In this document: piece by piece, positions 21,580 to 33,195 of the stretch
Layout: each line of letters opens with the position of its first letter
Position numbering within the stretch: position 1 is the first letter of the stretch
From: Neodothiora populina
Lineage: Eukaryota
Direction of reading: 5' to 3'
Assembly: GCF_041146345.1 (NCBI RefSeq)
Contig: NW_027191414.1
Location: forward strand, 62,001-126,000
Length of the DNA stretch: 64,000 nt
Program-made: the position numbers and the translations under genes
The notes under the pieces: model-generated
Told to the model about the DNA's origin: nothing
Databases searched by the model: none
The model's input: only the letters and a program-made list of their open reading frames with translations

Positions 21580-23820
21580 TACCAATGTCGTGTTGTTGTT
21601 GGCTATCTACCTTGCCTTATGGTTGGAGGGCAGTGGACTGGAAGCAATGGCTTGTTCTTGACGCCGGACCATTGCCTCGGCGAGGTCTTGGCGGTGCAGG
21701 CACAAGCATCCAATCGTAAGGTATGCCTGACTTCTGAGCCACTATCTTACCTTATTACCTCATGCACGCGAGGGCATACCTTCAGATACCGATTTACTGA
21801 CCGTCTATAATGAGCAAAGGATCTGTACTGTCCTTGCGCCAAAGTCTATGTACATGTGCTCCTTCGACCATGACTCTATACCATGGTCTTGGCATCACAA
21901 TCTCATGCACTGCTACAGTACAGTAAACCACCTTACATCCACTGTGTCTGGACCGAACAAGACAGACTCATTCGTCGAGACTAACTCCTTCCCCCGCTCG
22001 TCCGATGAACGAGCGTCAGATCAACCATTTTTTATATGCCGTAGCCTCACTCCCGAGCTCCGCTTTGCCCATCATCCATAAAAGTCCGGAGTCACTTGAT
22101 CATAATACCGTGCATTCGTAGTCGATGCTTCTAGCCGCCAATGCGGGGGTAGGTAAGGTATTTTGAGGTGGTCGATTAATGCCCATGGAGGGGACAGAGA
22201 TTCCCAGTGATATTCATGCTAAGGTAAGATAGCTAGGGCTTCGTGAAGCGGCAGGTCTTTGCCGAGCATACCATAGCTAGGTATGCACACTGTCTTCGTC
22301 AAAGTGTGCAAAAGCAGGTTGTATATATTTATCAATTCATGTTAAGCACCTCCATCTGAAGATAGAGTTCTAGACATGAGACTCTCTTGACAAGTAGGCT
22401 ATAAGGCCAAAAGAAAAAAGGTAGCCAATTCGAAGACTCGGTAGCCCTACCTCTCACGAGACAATGTTCGACTTTCCGGGCCTCCAGGCATGCGTCACAT
22501 GATGCCATGTACCAGCGGTCGAATTCAACGTGTACCAACAAAGAGACAGTCGGAAAGGTTGTACGATTTGGTTCAGGCGGAGCCGTAGGAATATGTTGCT
22601 CTTCAGCCTTTCCTGACGTACATGTTCTCCAACCCATCCACAACAACAGACACACACCGATATCCGTTCAAAGGATGGAATGACGCGTTATTAGCCCTCG
22701 TTTGATCTCCAATCATACCATTGTATGCAAATCATCAGTTTAATAAGAACCGCATCGAATGCTTGTCAATCTCGATACTATGCCAAACAAGAGACATCAT
22801 GAGAAACAAGCAAAGCAGAAACAAATCATATGGCATCACGTTGTCGATGATTCTCCCAACGGCTTTCCCTCGGTGAGAGGACAGAGCTGAAGGGCAGAAC
22901 GCTCCGTTTATCTGCCCTATTATTATCATTTCCCCGGCCATTCTCGAGTTTAGGACCGAGAGTCGCGCTTGGCGTCAGCTGGGAATAGCGATATATCACA
23001 TGGAAATGGGTGAGACGTGTGATTCAGCGAGCTATCTGCTTACATACTTCTCGTATGTGCCGCTTAACCAAGGTAGGAAAACGGTGAGTGACGGATTGGG
23101 TCAGATAGAGGCAAAGAAGAAGAAGAAAAAAGGCCACAAGGCGACCTCCTACATAAATCCTAGAGGAACAGTCGTACAGTAAATCGAGACTGTGATTCAT
23201 GTACGGTAAGCTCTATAGCCGGATACGGAACATTCGTACGCTGGAATGCACGCTTTCGCACTGCCCGCACCACAACCGCTTCCTCCTTTCGATTTGGTCA
23301 CCTGGGCGGATCAAGGCTACGGCCCGGATACCTTATAAAAGCAAGATCATGTGTGTTCCATGTTTGCTTACCCGAGTTCCGGAATCGGAGCCGCCTGTGC
23401 GCCTGCGCACACCCACCTTGATGGATAATTACCCCAACTGGGGAGGGCGGGGCGTTTTGAAATTACCGGATTGGTCTATGGTATTTCACCCGGTCTCGCT
23501 CATGCTTGCTTTCTGGGAAAGGGAGTGGGGGGAAAGAAAAAGGCACCGAGGCCAGCTGAGATACAGAGCTTTGTGTGATTCATGGTATGATGATGTTGTC
23601 TGGCTCGGTGCTGACGATGATGGTGATGACGCTAGGTAGGATGTGTACAGCTGACTGACGGCCTTGCGCTTGGTCTGCCTTATTATTGCCTTCCACCCGA
23701 GTGGTTTCATCTCAAGTATAGACCCTTCCTCTCGTTGTTCGTTCTTCTTTTTACTCTTACGTGCCCTCTTATGTTCAGTCAACCTCAAACACCCTAGACG
23801 AACAGATACACATCGAAGCA

Positions 23821-24834
23821 ATGACGAGTACAGCAACAACAATGTTCCACCACCAACTCCAATCCCCTCTGGTGTCTCTTCCCGGCGAAGTCAGAAATGA
23901 AATCTTCAGTCTAGCCATGGTCGCCGATCTGCCCATCGTCAACCCCCACTATGGAACAAGAGGATCATCGTCCATTCGACCCAAGAACCGCCAGATATCC
24001 CCAATAGGCGTGTCCGTAACCCAGAGCTGTCGCACTCTGCATGACGAAATCGACATCTCGCCATTATACAAGTACAATACCTTCGTCTTCACGCGAGTGG
24101 CGCATATGCAGGCGTTCAGCAGACGGCTGACGCGCGAGCAATTGCGATGCATCCACAGCGTGACAATCGATCTTAGGGAAGCCGTTGGTTCGTTCCCTCA
24201 ATCCAATGACCAGGAGAATCAGGACGAGGCGGCACCGCCGGCCGCGGTGATTGAGACTGACATAATCGGAAATGAGTGGTTGCACTACCTCACCTGTGAC
24301 CACTCCTCCTCCTCATCCTCTAGTTCGCGCGGAGTCTGGTGCTCGAAGCTGACGACCTTTCGATCGGACTTTCCGGACCTGAAAGAAATCGTCATCGATC
24401 TGACGGGCTGGCAACCCCAGTTCGCTGGTTTGAGAAAAGATGGATGGAGATTTTTGCAGAGGCTGTTGAGCGAACTGAGAAATGTGGACTCCGTCTCTTT
24501 GAAGGGCAAGTGTCTTGAATGCGCCCATTGGAATCCAAAGCCTGCGCCTTGGGGATTAGGACCATGGTTTTCTCCTGCTTTCAGTCACGATGACACGTCG
24601 TTGATAGAACTTCTTGGAGATGCCGCCAGAGGTGCTGGTGTCGGCGAACGGAAGGTCTTTGCGTGGAGCATCTGCGCCGGAGTCACGACGTTAGGAGTCA
24701 GCATCCAGCGAACAACCGGAAATAGCATCCCAGCTGCTGCTGCACACCACACAGACGTTATTGAAAGTGGTGTAGGTCACTACGACGCCCTCGTGAGACC
24801 CCAGCTCGCGCAACATCTCGCAACAAACAGGTGA
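23821..24834 (+). CDS. Hypothetical fungal protein with an F-box-like N-terminal motif (2EXR/DUF7730-like)
   Basis: Intronless ORF of about 337 aa. SPLVSLPGEVRNEIFSLAM motif, then QSCRTLHDEI..LYKYNTFVF, a pattern typical of these fungal families. Family name is tentative. Confidence 0.7.
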   Translation: MTSTATTMFHHQLQSPLVSLPGEVRNEIFSLAMVADLPIVNPHYGTRGSSSIRPKNRQISPIGVSVTQSCRTLHDEIDISPLYKYNTFVFTRVAHMQAFSRRLTREQLRCIHSVTIDLREAVGSFPQSNDQENQDEAAPPAAVIETDIIGNEWLHYLTCDHSSSSSSSSRGVWCSKLTTFRSDFPDLKEIVIDLTGWQPQFAGLRKDGWRFLQRLLSELRNVDSVSLKGKCLECAHWNPKPAPWGLGPWFSPAFSHDDTSLIELLGDAARGAGVGERKVFAWSICAGVTTLGVSIQRTTGNSIPAAAAHHTDVIESGVGHYDALVRPQLAQHLATNR

Positions 24835-24856
24835 ACAAGCTCGACACAAGCGATGT

Positions 24857-26457
24857 TCAATCCCAGTGTCGACGGATGACAGGCCGAGCAGGATCCCACG
24901 GTCCATGAATCTCGTTTTTGTATCTCTGTAAACCAATAAGCCACCAACTGGTGACGCCCATGGCGAGGCAAGTGAGAATGCTTCCGAGGAGGACGCCGAT
25001 GACAGCTGCTTTCCACCCACCGCCCGAGATAGTCATGCATAAGCCACCTCCAGCGCCTACAACGACAAGTGCAGTGAGGATGAGGTGGCCACGCCAAGAC
25101 ACATGTCGCAGATGCCGGCGGAAAACAGGAAACAACCCGAAGACCTCGATGCTGAACAGTGTAAGACTGAACACGTGAGTGGTCGAGGGAAGACGCGACG
25201 CCAGGACAGTTGATGCGGAAAGGGCAGCATTCGTAGGCAGAGATGCAGGGAATCTGTGGTAGCAGTAAGCAACGGCGGATTATCTACTAGATGAGGATCG
25301 AGGATTCAGATAACAATCTACTCACTTTGCTCCAACTCCAGCGCCGTAATCGAAAGTGAAGATGTTGATAATCATTAGCCAAGAGCTCATCGCCCAGATA
25401 GAGTCGGGAGAAGTAGATTTGGTGAGTGACTTCAAGATAGGACTGAGACCGAGCAGGGCGCAGTATATCAGTATTGCAGACTTTGCAGTGGCGATCCGCT
25501 CTTGGTTCCTGGGAGAGAGGGTTGTCCTCTCATTCTCGTAAGGTGGATAGTAGCTGAAGCTGGCGAAAGTACTTGCGCCAGTGGGATGCCCTGTAACCGA
25601 AGCATTGGCAGCTACAGTTTCCGTCGGAGAAGCCAGACTGGGACGTCGCGAATGCGATCTTGACGCCGCAGTGGTTGCACCGGCTTGAATACCCAGACCT
25701 GCCCGCCCTCGTTCCATTGGCATAACAGAAGGCTCGACCGGGCTCAATGTCGCATCCGATGATGTTTGATCTTCTGTAATCGTTGTTGTACTTGTCGATT
25801 TGGAAGATTCCTTGGCAGCTGCAAGAGCGGCTTGAGCAGCCTCTTCTTGGCCCACCCAGTAGTCGCGCAGAACCCAGCCCAACACGGTCGCGATGGTCGC
25901 ATAAGTGACTACCGAGACCGGCGACACTCGTTCCTGGAAGATGACCGTGAAGCAGCATATGAAGATGATGACGGAGCCTATATGCTGTACGATGATCGTC
26001 GAGTCGGCCACCAGCGTCCAAAACTCATAAGGTCTCAGACGAGGGTTTCTCTGGAGATGGTCGAGAAATGTTTCTTCATCAGTGTAGTTATCGGGGTCTA
26101 GTTCGTGTCAGATCATCACGATATACTGCTGTTGACCCTTGTGAGGCAAGGAGATAAATAACACATACAAGGTTGCTTCACCCACAACAACTTCTTCCAA
26201 GCACCCTTCTTCCGTCTACTGACGCTACGACCTCGTCTATTATCCCTCTTGCGTCTATTCGCTGCATTGGTAGATGTGCCGCCGCCGGTCGTGCTGTTCG
26301 CATCGCCAGGTCTCAAGGGACTACTGTGGCGCTGCCCATCATTACGCGGAGGACTAGTGTAGTAAAAGGCATCTTCCGGCCTCAGATGAGACGAAGACTG
26401 CGACCTCACAGTACTATTCCTTACTCCATTTGGCTCGGGCGCCTGATCAGGCGGCAT
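24857..26457 (-). CDS. GPI2: GPI-GlcNAc transferase subunit PIG-C/Gpi2
   Basis: Introns 26098-26168 and 25254-25325. WKKLLWVKQPYPDNYTD, LSPILKSLTKSTSPDSIW, TNAALSASTVLASRL, and C-terminal QRYKNEIHGPWDPARP. Confidence 0.95.
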
Positions 26458-26908
26458 TGTATATATCAGGACATGCGGTTTATTTGGAGATTGTCTACTA
26501 GAAAGATGGAGATTGGGGATAGCGAGCTGGGTGAACGCGCTAGATGAGATCATCCCCCTTGGCGTTTTGTTTTTGGCTCGACGGTGACCCTGGTCATCTT
26601 TCGTTCATCTTGGACATGTGTGCGAAATACATTGTGGCGACAACATCAAGCAAGTTTTGTCTGACTGGATCGTGGAATTGGCTTGCATGGACTTCGAGAA
26701 ATCTTACCTCGGAGCAGTACTGCCTATAGGTTGACGACATACTGCTTGCGCCCGCTTGCGTGAAATCGCAGTTCATTCTGTACTGATTCAACACGAACCT
26801 TGAATCCACTTGCATGCAGTAGAGTTTGAGCACAAGTGATTATGAACACAGATAGTCATGGAGTTAAGATTGACGAGACCGTCATCTTCTTTCCTTTTGT
26901 TGATAATA

Positions 26909-28802
26909 CTAATGTCCCACAGGCTTATCCTCCTGAGGATGGTCGAAAACCTTACCCGGATTCAATATCCAGTTCGGATCCAATGCCTCCTTGACCTTCT
27001 GCATCACACCAATAGCATCCAAGCCCAGCTCCTTGACCAGCGAGCCCTTTTTACCGATACCAATCCCATGCTCACCGGTGCACGTGCCCTCCATTTCGAG
27101 AGCCCTGTTGACCATCCTCGTCACGCACTCTTCCACTTTCTTTCGCTCTTCGGGGTTCGATGCATCGTACATGATACTCTCGTGAAAGTTGCCATCGCCC
27201 ACGTGTCCCAATACAGAAGCAAAAAGGCCGAGATCGTCCATTTCCTTTTTGCTGACTTCAATGATATCCGGAAGGCGAGACATTGGCACCGCGACGTCAG
27301 TGGACCAGACCTCCTCGTCGCCTTTCCGGAGCGCTAGCATAGACCACAAGGCATCTTTGCGAGCTGCCCATAGGTTCTTCTGCTCTTCGGCATCAGTGGC
27401 GAATTCGAATTCGCCAGACTTGTTCTTTTTCGCGATTTTCTTGACTAGGTCGATGTTTTCTAGTACACCTGCTTTCGTTCCTGAAAATCTGCAGGGTATA
27501 TGTTTAGTCTTTGCGCACAACGTTCTACAGCAGATGCATTACTCACTTGAAGAACATGGTCGGCACCTCCTTCCACTTCTTTTTTGTGTTGCCGCCTTTG
27601 TTCACAACGCCCATCTGCACTTCGTCCATGATCTCCATAGCGCCTATGGGAACACCTGCTTTGAGAATGTGACTTGCTGCAGACGCTGCATCTCTGATGG
27701 TCGGAAAAGTCACAACGGCGACACTGGTCTCTTGAGGGATGACGCTCAGCTTAAGCGTGATTTCCGTCACTATTCCGAGGGTGCCCTCACTGCCGATGAA
27801 GTAACCAGTTAGGTTGTATCCGGCAGCGGACTTGCGAGGTCGACGTTTTGTTTTGATGATGGTGCCATCGGCAAGCACGACCGTCAGATTGACGACGTTC
27901 TCCTTCATGGTGCCGTAACGCGCTGCATTAGTACCGGAACAGGAAGTGCCGACCATTCCACCGATCATGGCACTTGGACCTGGATCGACAGGAAAGAAGA
28001 GTCCGGAATCTTTGATCTTTTCGTTGAGGCTCATCCATCCTATAGCGGGCTGCACAACAACATCGAGGTCGTCTTCGTGGAGCGCGACGATCTTGTCCAT
28101 GAAAGCAAAGTCGACGCAGATGCCACCATACGGAGCAGTGAAGTTGCCCTCCAACGAAGAACCACCCGAATACGGCACTGGGATTGGGGTCAGAGCAAGC
28201 TTCGCACATGTGAGCTGGAACAGGCTAAGACTGACCTATGGGTATCTTGTACTTGCTGCACACTTTGGCAATCTCAGAGACTTCTTGCGTAGATCTCGGA
28301 TATGCAATGGCGATTGGCAGCTGCTCGATGTTTATCGACGACCATTCAGAGTAACCGTGGCGCTTCAGTTCATCGTCATCTGTAGTAACGGAGTCTTTCC
28401 CGATGATAGCATTGATCTCTCCGATTGCCTGAGCTTGTATTAGACTCCGATTGACAGGTCAAGAATACCATGAGAACACCACACCTTTTCCAATTCAGCC
28501 TTTTTCGCATACTGTGGTTTGTGTTGCAATCGAGCCGCTTTCGGATCTTTACTGATGGAAGAGCTGAAATCATTGATGCCGTATAAGTAAGCCAAAGAGG
28601 CAACAAATGCGGAGAATGCGAGCGCTCGAGGTGTCGTCCAGAATGCAGCGGCCGAATGTGATGGTATCACCGTTTCTGGCGATCTCGGACTGTGTTCAGT
28701 GGCAAGACGGCGTGTTTGCACTCGAATCGCTGCAGGCCGACGGACTGTACGTCTCCGTGAGATGTTCCCACTCAGGTGACCCCGCATTCCCCAAAGCCGC
28801 AT
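26909..28802 (-). CDS. DLD1: Mitochondrial D-lactate dehydrogenase (cytochrome), FAD-linked oxidase family
   Basis: Introns 28429-28484, 28178-28235, 27489-27546. PYSGGSSLEG, FFPVDPGPSAMIGGM, GSEGTLG, GHVGDGNFH, GEHGIG, LNPGKV. Mitochondrial-type presequence. Confidence 0.93.
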
Positions 28803-31800
28803 GGTTATTACTTATTCGAGCAGTGGAATGGCTCGGCTATATACTTTCGCTCGTGAATGGAAAATGTTACAGCAACGACGAGGGACAGGACAAAACGGAA
28901 AAAAAGGAAATCAAGACATGTTACGGGACGATACTGCCGCTCTAACTTACGGTGCATGGATGGCTGAGGTAAGGCACTTTAGATAACCGACGGATGTCGC
29001 CCAGCTCGCCATGGTTTGTAGTGATGATGTGCTTATACTTTGCCGCCTATACTTACTCGGTTTAAGCTTTGCGGGCAGAAAGCCGCGGCTGTGAAGTGGG
29101 GAATCTTGTGGACTTCCGTTTACCTTTAGCCAATCCGAGTATACTGTTTGGTATATCCGGATTGCATTGTACCGAGCTTGCCGCAAAGGTTAGTATAGAG
29201 TATGACTGTTATAGTATGATAATAAGGTTGATAGTCCTTGTTTGTCGCGCGGATTAAAGTGTCCTTGTAGGGAACAGATTGGACTGGACAGGGTCAGGGC
29301 CTGCGTATAGCTCTGTAGACACTTCTAGGTGAATCCGAGAATCTGGCTGTCTTGAGCTGTCTGAGATGAGGCCATCAATAAGCGTGACAACAGCATGTTC
29401 TTGTGTTTTGCTCTCGTCCTTGAACATGTTATGCCTTGGTTGAATGAACTCTTGTTGCTCATAGTACATGAGTGCACCGTCGTTGCTGTCACAGCACGGC
29501 AGAGTAGATGCTGAAGAAGAGTCAACCATCTCTAGAACCCGAGATAATCGATATTATGCTCACTAAGGCATCCACAAACACTCGCACAGGACTCGGCCAT
29601 TCAGTACGCGGAAGAGCATTGCAATATTGAACCACGCGGCCGAGAGTTGCGCTGAACAGCATATGAGAAGTCAACCAGGAAAGCACATCGAAAGACAGAA
29701 GAAAGTTGGACCCTCTCGCTTACCGAGGCTGCGCGATGAGGACCGACTTCCGGGGTTGCAATCTCCAGAAACCCACATCATGGCCTGAATGCAACCATAG
29801 CGGCGTACATGGAAGCACAGACAGATGCTCGAGCGAGCGAGCGAGCGTGTGCTGCTGTCATGATATCACTCCCAGCCATTATCGTGTTCGCAGCATTGAC
29901 TGATCTACAAGTATGCTGCTGACCGAAATATACCATGCGGTGTACAGTAGGCGATCTCGACAGAAGATTTTGTCAAGCAAGTTTCCGAGTATCAAGAGAG
30001 ACCCTTTTGTGCCGTAGATTGCCGTAGTGTGATCTCGAGTCTTCGTCGTCGTCGACCAAGAGGTGGAACTTGTCTGTTGGCAGATCCAAGAAGGCAGGTG
30101 GCAGATCTGACGTTTAACACTTGTATGGGGGGGCCCGTTCGACGAGCGGTATGTTTGGGGTTACAACGGGGGTCCTTTTGTCGAGTCGAGTTCGAATGAA
30201 CTGTGCACAAATAAGATCGACATTCGAGGCTTCGAGAAGAAAAGAGAACACCGGAGATGAGAGACACACGGACACAATGACCCGTACTTGTATACCAGCA
30301 GAGATCAGTGGCGAGAGTGGGTAGGACAATGCTGAAGAACACAGTCCACGAGTCGGTCACCATCTGTGCTTTGTGGTGTCTTATTGCGGATCTGCTGGCT
30401 CCCACACACCTCCGGTTGGTATCGGACATGAGGATAGTGACAGCATGGTTGGCTACTACTGGTACGACAATCGCCCGCAAGTATGTACGTGATCTGGCAT
30501 GACATATGTGTTTTAATCTCGAGCAAATTTGCTCTGAAGCGCGAAACCGTAGATCTGAATTGACCAAGCGTCGGGTAAGGTATTCAAGACCATCTTCTGC
30601 TCTCGCTTGCGCGACCATGATTGGATCAGGCGAGAAATGGTCGTGATTCAAGCAGACAAGACGATAGCCCGTCGGCCTCGACGACGCCCTCCTCACAGCG
30701 TCGCCGAAGCAATATGTGACGAGCAGGATTGTCATAATAACAGGCAACTCATAGCTGCAAAGTCCGACCATACGAATATCACAAAGTCATGGCCTGTTCT
30801 ATACACCGCTGATATGATTTCTGTTTCATCGTATCCCGGAGAACGAGCGCAGTCCTCGAGCTAAAACCGGCAACGCCATACAAGCGCACCGACCGTTGCA
30901 CAGGAAAAAGTCGGCAGCTCAATTGCTGGGAGCAAGAAGAGTGGTTTCAAGAGGAAGCTAGAAACCTAAAGACAAGCAAGCAAAAACCACCCCCCGGTTT
31001 TCGGCCTGTGCCTACAGGGAATGAGCAACTCTTCAGCCTTATCAGGGTTCTCTCTTGTGGCGATTGACCACAAACGATGATCGGAGGCGTCGATCCACTC
31101 ACATCATGCAGCATCGGCCGCGGAAGCCCCTTGCGTATACTGTATACGACGTGCAGCATATCGGACAGGGGGCGATGGAACGACAAGCAGAAGGTCCACT
31201 ATGCGCCGGAAGCCTTGTATCTATGAGGTATCGAGCGATGAAAACCAGAAAAACTCCATATATCCGAATATAGAGATGATGGCCAAGGTACTGTATGGTA
31301 TTTCACAAGCGTCGAAACGAAATGAGCTTGTGCCTGTCTCACACGGTCAGAGAGAGAACAAAAGCACCCACCATCGGATCGTGTTGCGCGTTGGGTACAC
31401 GGCGCAATCATAGCTTCTGCTTTGACAGGCGGGGCAAAATCGTCACGCAACCAAAAAAAAGAGTCAATCACACATCAGAACATTTGGCGCGAGTAAGTAG
31501 TGAAGCCAGCCAACCAGTCAGCCAGTTAGTCGACCTAGCCAGCGCATTTACACGTAACGCATACACTGTGATAGACTCCATGCTGACCGAGGTAAGAGCA
31601 CCTGGCGAATGGCGGCGAGTCTGACCATGTATGGCCGCCGAGCGCGAACCTGTGCGAGTGGGTAGTTGACACATGACAGCAAAGTAGCAGCTGGCGCAAA
31701 AATAGGAAGTCTGACCTTACCTTTTGATTTAAGTTTGGATTCATGTACATTAAAGAGCTGGAGGCGGTCGTGATGATGGACTGATGCGGTGCTGATCATC

Positions 31801-33022
31801 AGTCCTGCCTTGCCTTGCTCTACCTGTCGGTGAAGTTCTGCACATGCAGCAGTAAGTACAGTAGTACTGCTGTACTGAGTAAGGTGGAAGAGTGGTACTG
31901 TACAGAGCCGTACATGCTACTATACTAGTACATGCAGGTGCAAGATGCAAGCGCAGGCGAACTAACCTTACTTTACTGCAGTACAGTAGTACAGTAGTTC
32001 GGAGACTCGGTCGGCACCCCTTGATCTCCTGGTGATTTACGGCCGAACCAGCCCAAAGCAAGGGCAGGCATATCATCATCATGATCTTTGGATCTTGATT
32101 GTTCTCCCAATCAGCGGTAGCTAAGGAAAGCATGATAGGTGTAGCGGAGCACTTCTCCGGCTATACTGCCTGCCACTTTGCAAACAGATAGGTCAAGGAT
32201 AGGAACAACCAAATGTACATGCGTTAGTCGGAAAGGGTGGATGCTTGTCTTCTTTTGTCCACACTTGAGCAGTCGGAATCGCCTGAAGAAGAGTGTTTGT
32301 TGTTGTTTTCTCCATTCGTCCATTCTGTTTTCTCTTCAGACGGTGTGTACAAGTACCTTGCCCGCTTGACCGCCGGTTGATAGCAGCTTCTCGGCGCCGC
32401 TCTACTACTGCGAACCCCTTGTTTTCTTCCCTTTCGTCTCTGTTGACTATTTCTTATTCGATCGGATTAAGGTACAAGTACAGCGTGGTGAGTCCTTAGT
32501 GACGGAAGCTTGCGGATTTGGAAACAGGGTGCAGCCATCACCATCTCAATCTCCCGTTCTGAAACGAGCGGACGATATCTGGAGAGGTCCGGGCACCACC
32601 GAATCGACGGGCAGAGAAAGCTACTTGTACCCTTGGACTCGTTAGTCTTACCTTGATTGTGTTGCATGTTCCAGCGTAACTTTCGGCTGCTTCGAGTTAC
32701 ATGTACTATCGAGCCCATCAGGCTGTATGGCCTCTGACATTCACACCACCCATTTCTCTCGTTCCCATCCACACGTAACCTGCCTATTCGTGGCGCCGTC
32801 ACACATCTGTGTATCCTCTCTGTGTGTGTTGGTGGTCAGACAAGCCTTTCTTTAGCCACAGGCAAGGGTCGTTTGCATGGACACTGGTTTCCCCTCTCCC
32901 CGCCCGATTTACCCGACAGTTGGATTTATACATACCAGCGGACACAGGAACAAGCCTTGTCGAAAGTGCTTGAAGAACCGACCGTAGCGGGGGCAATCGA
33001 TAAAAAAACCAATCAAGTCCAT

Positions 33023-33159
33023 ATGGACGACGAGTTGTTTGCACGTGAAGTGCTGCGGTTGGCTCAAGGACAGACTATCGAGCAGTACGACAGCAATCTC
33101 AGACATCAGGCCCGGGAGTCTGGTATAGCTCTGCCGCCGGGAAAGTTTAACAACCACAC

Positions 33160-33195
<36 letters not shown>

